A stretch of DNA of 64,000 bases, taken from assembly GCA_039915085.1 (NCBI GenBank), contig JBDSOC010000074.1, positions 108 to 64,107 of the forward strand, read 5' to 3'. Below are positions 18,077-27,600 of the stretch, piece by piece. Position numbers and translations under genes: made by a program. Source of the DNA: Chitinophagaceae bacterium (GTDB lineage Bacteria > Bacteroidota > Bacteroidia > Chitinophagales > Chitinophagaceae). Below the pieces are notes generated by a model that made no database searches, was not told where the DNA came from, and worked only from the letters and a program-made list of their open reading frames with translations. Within the stretch, counting starts at the first letter, position 1, and each line of letters opens with the position of its first letter.

Positions 18077-20299
18077 ATGGATTTAATTAAAGAATATAAA
18101 AGTTTTATCAATAGCTATTACCTGGGCGAAGGGCTGCGTATTACTACAGGTGCTGTTTTGCCAGCTCTTATTCTCAATTATTTTGGATGGCTTTCAGTTG
18201 GTGTACTGGTATCGCTGGGAGCAGTATGCGTAAGTGCAGCGGATAGCCCGGGCCCCATACATCACCGGCGCAACGGCATGCAGATTTGTACCGCGCTTAT
18301 TTTTATAGTTTGCCTTATTACCGGGTATGCTGCGCCCTACCCTGTTGGTTTAGGCTGCTGGGTAGCGCTTGCCGGTTTCATATTTTCTATTATTGGTGTA
18401 TATGGTGGCCGCGTTATTTCTATAGGTATTGCCGCGTTGCTGGTAATGGTGCTGAATATGAACAGGCCCGGGCATGACGGGAATGTATTCCTGAATGCAG
18501 TATACGTATCTGCTGGCGGAATATGGTACATGTTACTGAGCCTGGTTCTGTATCACGTTCGCCCATATAAATTAATACAACAGGCGTTGGGAGATTGCAT
18601 TATGGCTACTGCGGATTACCTGCGTATACGTACACAATTTTACGATAACAAACCGGGCTACGATAATGTTTACAGGCAACTGATGGATCAACAGGTACAG
18701 GTACAGCAAAAACAGGATCTGCTGCGTGAACTATTATATAAAAGCCGCACTATTGTTAAAGATTCTACCGTTACCAGCCGTACGCTGATGATGCTTTTTA
18801 TTGATACGGTTGATTTATTTGAAAAAGCCGCTACTTCTTTTTATCCTTATGAAAACCTGCATCATTTTTTTGATGATACAGATATATTGCAGCACTTTAA
18901 AAATTGTGTACTTTCTATTGCAGATGCACTTGATGATACCGGTATTGCTGTTAAAAGTGGTAAAGCATCTGAACCGCCGGATGAATTGCAGGAAAAACTG
19001 GCTGCCCTGCAAAAATATTTTACCGGATTCCGCAATACCAATCTCAATGCAGAAAACCTGGAAGCCATTATCGCCCTGCGCAAAATTTTGCAGGCCATTG
19101 AAGACATGGTTGCAAGAATTAATACTTTACACAACGAAACAAAATATGATAAGAAAAGGGCAAAGGATTTCAGGCCATCCGGAGACCACGATAAATTTAT
19201 TACCCATACCGATATTAACTGGAAACTGCTGCGCGATAACCTCACCATCAAATCAGATATCTTCCGGCACGCATTGCGTGTAAGCATTGCCGCTACCAGC
19301 GGGTATATTCTCTCTCACCTTTTTATGCTGGGCCATAGTTACTGGATATTACTCACCATCATCGTAATATTAAAGCCAGCTTACAGCATCACAAAAAAAA
19401 GAAATTACCAGCGTGTAATTGGTACCATTGCCGGAGCATTAGCAGGCATTTTAGTTCTTTATTTTATTAAAGACAGCAGGGTATTGTTTTTTTTCATGCT
19501 GCTATTTATGATGGGGACCTATAGCTTTATACGCACCAATTACCTGCTTGCGGTGATATGCATGACACCTTACGTCTTATTACTATTTCACTTGCTGAAC
19601 GGCGGGCAATTCAAAACGGTTATTACAGATCGTATCATTGACACGGCTATTGGATCTGCCATAGCATTTGCAGCTAATTTCTTTTTATTACCTGCGTGGG
19701 AGCATGAACAGATCAAAAAATACCAGGCAGCGGCAATTGCGGCAAGCCTTGATTATTATACAAACGTCTCGCATACTTTTACCGGGGCATCTATTACTGA
19801 TACCCAATTCCGGTTAAGCCGCAAACAGGCATTTGTAGCCCTGGCCAATTTATCAGATGCATTCTCGCGGTTACTGTCAGAACCAAAAAGCAAACAAAAA
19901 GGCTCCCTGCAGATACACCAGTTTGTGGTGCTTGCCCATACACTTACTTCTCATATTGCAACGCTGGCACATTTTAGTAAAACACTGGCTGCTAAATATC
20001 AGTCGCAGGATTTTGTATCTATTATTAATGAAACAACCAGCAATCTGGCAGCAGCAGAACAGATGGTAGAACAGGCTGATACAGTTATACTTCCGGTGGA
20101 GACCAACAGCAATCCTTTTATACCCGGCACACATGTTAAAGAACTGCTGGCCAAAAGGAATGAAGAATTGCAACAGGGACTAAAACTCACAGATACCAGG
20201 CTGCGTTTGTCTGAGTTAAAACCGATTGTTGACCAGTTTCAGTTCATTGCCAGTATAGCAGCAGATATCAGGAAGGCAGCAGAAGGTAAAACGCTATAA
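18077..20299 (+). CDS. FUSC/YccS-family integral membrane protein
   Basis: 740 aa with two clusters of TM helices separated by a long cytoplasmic helical region. This is the architecture of the YccS/YhfK (fusaric-acid-resistance-like) family. Confidence 0.75.
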   Translation: MDLIKEYKSFINSYYLGEGLRITTGAVLPALILNYFGWLSVGVLVSLGAVCVSAADSPGPIHHRRNGMQICTALIFIVCLITGYAAPYPVGLGCWVALAGFIFSIIGVYGGRVISIGIAALLVMVLNMNRPGHDGNVFLNAVYVSAGGIWYMLLSLVLYHVRPYKLIQQALGDCIMATADYLRIRTQFYDNKPGYDNVYRQLMDQQVQVQQKQDLLRELLYKSRTIVKDSTVTSRTLMMLFIDTVDLFEKAATSFYPYENLHHFFDDTDILQHFKNCVLSIADALDDTGIAVKSGKASEPPDELQEKLAALQKYFTGFRNTNLNAENLEAIIALRKILQAIEDMVARINTLHNETKYDKKRAKDFRPSGDHDKFITHTDINWKLLRDNLTIKSDIFRHALRVSIAATSGYILSHLFMLGHSYWILLTIIVILKPAYSITKKRNYQRVIGTIAGALAGILVLYFIKDSRVLFFFMLLFMMGTYSFIRTNYLLAVICMTPYVLLLFHLLNGGQFKTVITDRIIDTAIGSAIAFAANFFLLPAWEHEQIKKYQAAAIAASLDYYTNVSHTFTGASITDTQFRLSRKQAFVALANLSDAFSRLLSEPKSKQKGSLQIHQFVVLAHTLTSHIATLAHFSKTLAAKYQSQDFVSIINETTSNLAAAEQMVEQADTVILPVETNSNPFIPGTHVKELLAKRNEELQQGLKLTDTRLRLSELKPIVDQFQFIASIAADIRKAAEGKTL

Positions 20300-20542
20300 T
20301 ACCTTAGCACCGTTCTATCAATTAAAATCTTTGATAAAAAGCATTTTTGCTACTTCATTAATAGAATCTGGGATACTGCCTCCGAATCTCCGGGAACGAT
20401 TGCGTTAAACCGTGTTTAAAAAGAGAAATTAATCTTGTTTTAATATCATGATGAAGTAATTTTAGCAAGCGTAAATGACTTCTGCTACAAGTCAGTCTTT
20501 ATTATCCTTACATTAATTTAATAAACCAAAAAACGATTCTAC

Positions 20543-21901
20543 ATGCCACAATCAAGACGCAATTTTATAAAACAGGCAGCCTTAGGTTCAGCCGGATTTT
20601 ATTTGGGCGCACCAGCCGTTTTCGGCGCTAAAAGTTATAACAGAATTATTGGTTCAAATGACCGCGTACGCGTGGGGGTAGTGGGGTTTTCAGACAGGCA
20701 TAAGGGTAGCCATATACCCAGTTTTATGAACCATTATAAAGAGTTGAATTTTGACGTGGTAGCAGTATCTGATATATGGAAAATGAGACGTGAAGAAGGC
20801 GCTGCAACATGGAAAGAAAAAATGGGACATGATATTGTTGCCTGCCGGAACAATGAAGAACTGTATGATAAAAAACTGGCTGATGCAGTCTTTATAAGTA
20901 CGGCTGATTTTCAGCATGCACAACATGCTATACAGGCGGTAAATGCAGGCTGCGATGCGTACGTAGAAAAACCTTTTGCTGAAAGCATGGAAGATAACCG
21001 TGCGGCACTGAAAGCAATTAAAGCAAGTAGTAAAATTGTTCAGATAGGTTCCCAGCGCAGAAGCGGTTCCAACTATCATGCGGCCAATGAGTTTATACGC
21101 TCTGGTAAGTTTGGTGATATAAAAATGGTTGAACTCACATGGAACGTAAACCAACCCGGTCGTTGGCGCAGGCCCGCTTTACTGGGTAAATTAAAAGAAG
21201 AAGATACCGACTGGAAACGTTTTATACTTAACCGCCCGTTTGAAAATTTTGATCCCCGTAAATATTTAGAGTATCGTTTGTTCTGGCCATATTCCTCCGG
21301 TTTGCCCGGTCAGTGGATGAGCCACCAGATTGATACGGTGCATTGGTTCAGCGGCCTCTCCCATCCGCGCAGCGTAGTAGCCAATGGCGGAATTTATATG
21401 TGGAAAGATGGAAGAAGAAATTGGGATACCATTACGGCTGTTTTTGATTATGGCCCCGCCAATGATCCTTCCAACGGTTTCCAGGTAACATTTGGCTCGC
21501 GTATGGACAATGGTGATGAGAACCCGGCCGAGATATATTATTCCAATGGGGGTGAACTGAATTTAAATACAAACAAGGTTTCTCCCAAAGGTGGATTGAC
21601 ACAAAGAATGGCAGACGCTATGAACCTGAAGGCTAATCTTTTACCGGAAATGAGTTTGTCTGAAGTGGAAACAGTGGTTGCATCAGCCAACACTGGCGGC
21701 GACAAGCTAACGAGCAACCATGTACGCAACTGGATGGAATGCATCCGCAGCCGCAAACAACCCAATGCACCAGTGGAAGCAGGTTATAGTCACTCCATAG
21801 CAAATATTATGACAACCGCCTCTGCACATACGGGCAGCAAAGCAACTTTTGATGAAGCCACACAGGAAGTGATGGCAGGTGGTAAAGTTTTTAAATATTG
21901 A
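20543..21901 (+). CDS. Gfo/Idh/MocA family oxidoreductase with twin-arginine (TAT) signal
   Basis: The N-terminus MPQSRRNFIKQAALGSAGFYLGAP is a TAT motif. A Rossmann start (VRVGVVGFSDRH) and an EKP motif (YVEKPFA) are also present. Confidence 0.85.
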   Translation: MPQSRRNFIKQAALGSAGFYLGAPAVFGAKSYNRIIGSNDRVRVGVVGFSDRHKGSHIPSFMNHYKELNFDVVAVSDIWKMRREEGAATWKEKMGHDIVACRNNEELYDKKLADAVFISTADFQHAQHAIQAVNAGCDAYVEKPFAESMEDNRAALKAIKASSKIVQIGSQRRSGSNYHAANEFIRSGKFGDIKMVELTWNVNQPGRWRRPALLGKLKEEDTDWKRFILNRPFENFDPRKYLEYRLFWPYSSGLPGQWMSHQIDTVHWFSGLSHPRSVVANGGIYMWKDGRRNWDTITAVFDYGPANDPSNGFQVTFGSRMDNGDENPAEIYYSNGGELNLNTNKVSPKGGLTQRMADAMNLKANLLPEMSLSEVETVVASANTGGDKLTSNHVRNWMECIRSRKQPNAPVEAGYSHSIANIMTTASAHTGSKATFDEATQEVMAGGKVFKY

Positions 21902-22061
21902 GCTTTTACCCAGCCCCTGCCGTACGGGTGGAGAGGAATGCCTCTCCGTAAGAGACAGTACAAAAGGAACCGGAGATGCGTAAGCAATGTTATCTATGAC
22001 CGTGTCTCACCACAAATGATCAATGAGTCGCGAACCAGAATAGAAATCAAATTATTATACT

Positions 22062-22090
22062 GCGGCCGGCAAAAGCCGGCCGCAATTTTA
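22062..22090 (+). terminator. GC-rich hairpin between the oxidoreductase and the PmoA-like gene
   Basis: The stem is gcggccggc aaaa gccggccgc, followed by AATTTTAT. It could act as an attenuator or a terminator. Confidence 0.5.
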
Positions 22091-22125
22091 TATTATACAA
22101 CAGAAATAAAAATAAATACAAAAAA

Positions 22126-23163
22126 ATGCGCCCTTCTAAATTCATACTATTACTGCCAATAATTATTTTCTATTCTTTTGCGTCTGCTCAAAAACAGGAA
22201 ATGGTGAAACTTGTAAAGGACAAAGATGCCAACCGGATAGATGTATTCATTGGCAACAAACCATTCACCAGTTTTTTTTATCCCGATACATTGGAAAAAC
22301 CAGTACTTTATCCAATAATAGCCGCCAATGGCACTACCGTTACCCGTGGCTTTCCACTAAATCCACAGCCAGGTGAACCTACCGATCATCCGCACCACAT
22401 AGGCATGTGGTTTAACTTTGAAAATGTAAACAAGCTTGACTTCTGGAACAATTCATTCGCTATACCAAAAGAGAAAAAGAATATGTATGGCTGGATAAAA
22501 ACAGATCGTATTACAGAAACAAAAGATGGTACAAAAGGATTACTGACCTATCATGCCAACTGGACCAATCAACAGAATGAAACATTACTGGAAGAAACAA
22601 CCAGTTTTGAATTCAGCGGTACTGATCGCCTGCGTATTATTGACCGGACTACAACTTTAAAAGCAGTTACGGAAGTCAATTTTACTGATGCTAAAGATGG
22701 TTTACTGGGTTTCAGACTGGCTCATGCCCTTGAAATACCAACTACAGAAGATAAAAAGTTTACTGATGACAAAGGAATAATAACAGTGGTGAAAGGAACG
22801 AAAGACAGTACAGCAAATGGCAACTACATAACCAGTGAAGGAAAGGAAGGTGATGCAGCATGGAGCACCCGCGGAAGATGGTGCAAGGTGTATGGCAAAA
22901 TGGGTAAAGATTCAGTAAGTGTGGTCATCATCGATCATCCGAAAAATCCCAATTACCCTACTTTCTGGCATGCACGTGGCTATGGTTTGTTTGCTGCAAA
23001 TCCACTCGGAGAAAAAGTTTTTACCAATGGAATATCAGCTAAGAACCTGCAATTAAAGAAAGGCGAAGCCGTTGTTTTTCGCTTTAGAATAGTAGTGGAT
23101 AATGGCAACAAAACCATTGATAACAACCAAATAAATACATTGGCTGACGCGTTCGGGAAATAA
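22126..23163 (+). CDS. PmoA-family (DUF6807-like) secreted protein
   Basis: There is a signal peptide. GEPTDHPHHIGMWF and WHARGYGLFAANP resemble what I recall of the family that commonly accompanies Gfo/Idh/MocA oxidoreductases. Confidence 0.65.
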   Translation: MRPSKFILLLPIIIFYSFASAQKQEMVKLVKDKDANRIDVFIGNKPFTSFFYPDTLEKPVLYPIIAANGTTVTRGFPLNPQPGEPTDHPHHIGMWFNFENVNKLDFWNNSFAIPKEKKNMYGWIKTDRITETKDGTKGLLTYHANWTNQQNETLLEETTSFEFSGTDRLRIIDRTTTLKAVTEVNFTDAKDGLLGFRLAHALEIPTTEDKKFTDDKGIITVVKGTKDSTANGNYITSEGKEGDAAWSTRGRWCKVYGKMGKDSVSVVIIDHPKNPNYPTFWHARGYGLFAANPLGEKVFTNGISAKNLQLKKGEAVVFRFRIVVDNGNKTIDNNQINTLADAFGK

Positions 23164-23187
23164 CAACGCGCTTGGTAAGTTTTAATA

Positions 23188-23226
23188 AACCCTGCTCTAT
23201 ATAAAGGTGCAGGGTTATTTTTTTAC
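23188..23226 (+). terminator. rho-independent terminator after the PmoA-like gene
   Basis: The stem aaccctgc / gcagggtt is followed by ATTTTTTTT. Confidence 0.7.
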
Positions 23227-23419
23227 TGCATTTGACATTGCCGGTGTGGAATTTACTCACTATGCCCTGGATGTACTTTTGACTATTTCTTAAAAAATAT
23301 ACAGCTGTTTAAGATAATGAAATAGAAAAACAAAAAAATATTAAACAAACAATCCAGTGTAAAAAAATCTACAACTTTAACTGGCATTGTATTTTCAATA
23401 GTTGCTACTAAACGAAAGT

Positions 23420-24505
23420 ATGGGCGCGACTGCATTGCGACTGACTCACAAAGATTTTTTACAGGCCGACAAACATTATGAAGAAGCTGCTGTTGCCGCT
23501 AATCTTTTATATGTAAAAGATAATAGGGAAGGCATTTCACGGGTTAAAAAAGGAAAGGGATTTGCTTATTATCACCAGGATAAACCTGTTAAAGCACAAA
23601 AAGAAATCAACCGCATCCGCAAACTGGCCATTCCACCTGCCTGGTTGAATGTATGGATTTGCCCTGTAGAAAATGGTCATATACAGGCTACAGGATTGGA
23701 TCTCCGCAAACGCAAACAATACCGTTACCATGAGCTCTGGAATAAGTTAAGAAATGAAACCAAGTTTCACAGGTTATATGAGTTTGGTAAAATACTTCCA
23801 CAGTTAAGATTGAAGCTGGAAAAAGATTTGGCAGTTAAAGAACTGAGCCAGCAAAAAGTACTGGCTACTGTTATTGGTTTAATGGAAAGAACTTATATAC
23901 GTGTAGGCAATAATGAATACGCAAAACAAAATGGTTCCTATGGTTTAACTACTTTGAAAGACAAGCATGTTAATATCAGTGGAGATAAAATGATTTTCAC
24001 TTTTAAAGGCAAAAAAGGTATTGACCAAAATATCAGCTTAAAAAACAAACGACTTGCCAGGATGGTAAAACAATGCCGCGATATACCCGGCAAAGAATTG
24101 TTTCAGTACTATGATGCAGACGGCAACCGTAAAACAATCGATTCCGGAATGGTTAACCAGTATATCAAAGATGTGAGCGGTTATGATTGCAGTGCAAAAG
24201 ATTTCAGAACATGGGCTGGTTCTCTGCATGCACTTCAGGCTTTCCGTTCATTGGGTGAAGCACTTACAGCAACAGAAAGCAAAAAAAATATATTGTCGGC
24301 ACTTGATGAAGTAAGTAAGAAACTGGGTAACACACGCACAGTTTGCAAGAAATATTATGTTCATCCCTCATTGATAAAACTGTATGAAGAAAACAATTTA
24401 ACCGGCTATCTTAAAGAACTGGACAAGCTGGAAGAACCAGATAATGAAAGCGGCCTTACCGCCGAAGAAAAGGTGCTGATGAAAATTTTAAAACAATTTA
24501 TTTAA
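23420..24505 (+). CDS. bacterial type IB DNA topoisomerase (poxvirus-like TopIB)
   Basis: It shows ...IPPAW..VWI..., RKRKQYRYH, KDFRTWAGS and a C-terminal ...VCKKYYVHP (active-site Tyr context). I chose the ATG at 23420 over the TTG at 23402. Confidence 0.85.
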   Translation: MGATALRLTHKDFLQADKHYEEAAVAANLLYVKDNREGISRVKKGKGFAYYHQDKPVKAQKEINRIRKLAIPPAWLNVWICPVENGHIQATGLDLRKRKQYRYHELWNKLRNETKFHRLYEFGKILPQLRLKLEKDLAVKELSQQKVLATVIGLMERTYIRVGNNEYAKQNGSYGLTTLKDKHVNISGDKMIFTFKGKKGIDQNISLKNKRLARMVKQCRDIPGKELFQYYDADGNRKTIDSGMVNQYIKDVSGYDCSAKDFRTWAGSLHALQAFRSLGEALTATESKKNILSALDEVSKKLGNTRTVCKKYYVHPSLIKLYEENNLTGYLKELDKLEEPDNESGLTAEEKVLMKILKQFI

Positions 24506-24631
24506 ACTCCGTAGTTTTATTTATATATTTCATTAATTATAGCTGTAAATTAAGGCTTTGTACTGCAATTATGGACTGGCTTTTGCATTGCTATGGTATT
24601 ACTACATTAATATTAAGTAGCCTACTATTTT

Positions 24632-27600
24632 ATGTCTGAAAATAAGCCTGTTAACACTACCCGCAGTTCTGTGTTGTCGCGTCTGGGCAGGCTTTTCCTG
24701 AAAATCTTACTGGTTATTTTTATTTTATTGCTGCTGGTTATTGTACTGGTGCAAACCCCATTTATACAGAATATAGCGCGTGAAAAAGCGCAGGACTACT
24801 TATCGGGTAAGTTAAAAACAAAGGTGGTGCTAGGCAGGCTGTATATTGGTTTCCCTCAAACAGTGGAACTTGGCAATGTTTATATTGAGGACCTGCAAAA
24901 AGACACCTTGCTTTCGGGTAAATCATTGAAAGTAAATATCAATATGTGGAAATTGCTCCACAGTGATGTAGCCATTAATAAAATAGAACTGGAGGGAATA
25001 ACCGCTAAAATTAAAAGACAATTACCGGATACCAGTTTTAACTTTCAATTTATAGTGGATGCCTTTGCCGGTACCCAGAAAGCAGTGCCGCAAAAAACGG
25101 ATACTTCTGCCTTAAAAATTTCCCTGGATAATTTATTGCTGAACAAAGTTCGTCTTGTTTACAATGATATTGTTACAGGTAATGATATGGAGGTATGGAT
25201 TGAACACAGCAATACAAACATTGATAAGCTTGATCCAACGCATATGTTGTACAGTGTGCCGTTGATTGAAATGACTGGCGTAAGAGCAAGGGTATACCAG
25301 AATAAACCATTGCAAACGCCGGAAGAAAATACTAAAGCCATAAAAAAAACAGGTCAGCCTAATCCGCTGCAACTCGCACTTAAAAAAATAAATCTCACGG
25401 ATATAGTATTTGATTACCAGAATTCCGTGTCTGCCCTGTATAGTAATATTCAGTTGGGAGAATTGAAAGGAGATGTGCGTGCATTTGATCTGAATAAGCA
25501 ATTAATACTGTTGAATGAAATACAACTAAACAAAACAACAGCAACAGTAAGAATTGGCAAACAAAAAACGGCTGAAGTATTAAGTAAAAAGGCGGCTCCT
25601 ATTGTTGATTCTGCGGATGCGGGCTGGCGGCTGATGGTTGCGAATACTTCTTTGCAGGACAACAATATTCAGTTTGATGATGACAGCAAAATGAAGCTCG
25701 CCAAAGGAATGGATTTTGCGCACATTAAAGCCACTAAATTTACTATAGAAATAAAAGACCTTAAGTATAGTAAGGATTCTATTGCCGGCAATATTACAAA
25801 AGGCAGTATGCAGGAACAAAGTGGATTTGCATTAAACAGTTTTCATACTAATTTTTTATACGCCGCCAACCAGGCCTGGTTAAAAGATCTCAGCATTCAA
25901 ACACCTGGCAGTTCAATACAGCGATCGCTGGTGGTTAGCTATCCTTCTATTGAAGCAGTACAAAAAGATCCTTCAAAAATGAATATTGATGTTGATCTTC
26001 AAAACAGTAAAATACAGGTAAAAGATATATTGATCTTTGCGCCTTTTTTGAATAAAGAACCGGCTTTTAAAAATAATAATGCAGTGCTGCTGGTCAACAG
26101 TCGCATAAAAGGCAGCATGGCCAACCTTACTATACCGGTATTTCAGTTCAGCGGGCTGCAAAATACAAAGATGGATATTTCCGGAACTATCCAAAATGCA
26201 ACGGATGCAAAAAAAATACACGCTGACCTTGTTATAAAAAACTTTAGCAGCAGCCGTAAAGATATTATGAGCCTTGTGCCTCCCAAAACTTTACCATCCA
26301 ATATTGTCCTTCCCGAAAAATTTTCCTTATCCGGAAAGTTTAAAGGCGGCATGAAAGCCATCGAAACAGATCTTAAACTGAATTCTGATTTAGGGGATGC
26401 GACCGTTAAAGGGACCGCATCACAATTCACTGACAAAAGAAACGCGTTGTATGATCTTGCAGTAACACTGAACAAAGTAAACCTGGGTGTTTTGCTGAAG
26501 GATACTGCAAAAACATTTGGAATAGTAACGGCCAGTTTTACCGCTAAAGGAAAAGGATACGATCCGCAATATGCCAATGCAAAACTGCATGGCATCGTGC
26601 GTTCCGCTGAACTTAAACAATATAATTACCAGAATCTTGTAATGGATGCCAGTATAGCCAACCAGCAATTAAAAGCAGTTGCTGATATACGTGACCCTAA
26701 TATTGCACTGTCTCTTGACGCAAAAGGCAATTTTGCTACAAAGTACCCGGCCGTACAGCTTACTATGAAGATAGATACACTCAGAACACTTCCACTTCAC
26801 CTCACTACTGATACACTTTTTTACCAGGGCAATCTCACCGCCGATTTCCCGGCAACAAATCCCGATAGCCTGATGGGTAATTTACTTGTGACAAAATCTG
26901 TACTGATAAATAATAAAACGCGTATTCCAATGGATACCGTACAAATTGCTGCCGGCAAAACTGACAGCGGGCAATTTGTACATGTAAGAAGTGATATTGT
27001 AAAATTGCAATTAAACGGAAAATACAAGCTAACGCAAATGGGCAGTGTTTTTCAACAGGCTATGGAACCTTATTTTTCCAGGGTAGCAGACAGCAGCCTT
27101 GTAAAAACCGATCCCTATGATTTTACGATTACCGGAACAATAATCAATAAGCCATTATTAAAAGCACTTGTACCACAACTTGACAGCCTGAAGGATGTAA
27201 CCCTGCAAAGCCATTTCAGCAGCGACAATGGATGGCAGGCCAGGGTGCAGGCCCCGCTTATTATAAATGGTGCCAACAAAATTAATAACCTGCAGCTGAA
27301 TGCTGCTACACAAAAGGATAAATTATTTGTAAATGCTTCTGTCGCCAATATACAAAGTGGTACCAGTTTAAATGTTTACGCAACCAGCCTTACTGCAGCC
27401 ATTGCCAATAACAAAATAGATTTCACTTTATTAAATAAAGACAAAACTTCCAAAGATAAATACCGGCTGTCGGGCCTCCTTGAACAACCATCAAAAGGTC
27501 AATACGCTTTTTCACTGAAGTCTGATAGCCTGATGCTGAATTATGATAAATGGAACATTAATACTGATAACAAAATTGTGTATGATGGCAATGGAGTTAA

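Noticed and set aside
18801-19287. 160-aa plus-strand and 141-aa minus-strand ORFs inside the FUSC/YccS gene; similar internal ORFs occur in tamB (for example 26143-26595) and in the ABC transporter (8161-8604)
   Set aside because: All lie within long, coherent genes in other frames or strands and lack motifs. They are typical spurious ORFs of a moderately AT-rich genome.
21938-22162. 74-aa ORF in the spacer between the oxidoreductase and the PmoA-like gene
   Set aside because: It is Arg/Lys-rich, overlaps the GC-rich hairpin and the start of the next gene, and has no signal or motif. The spacer is better explained as regulatory or terminator sequence.
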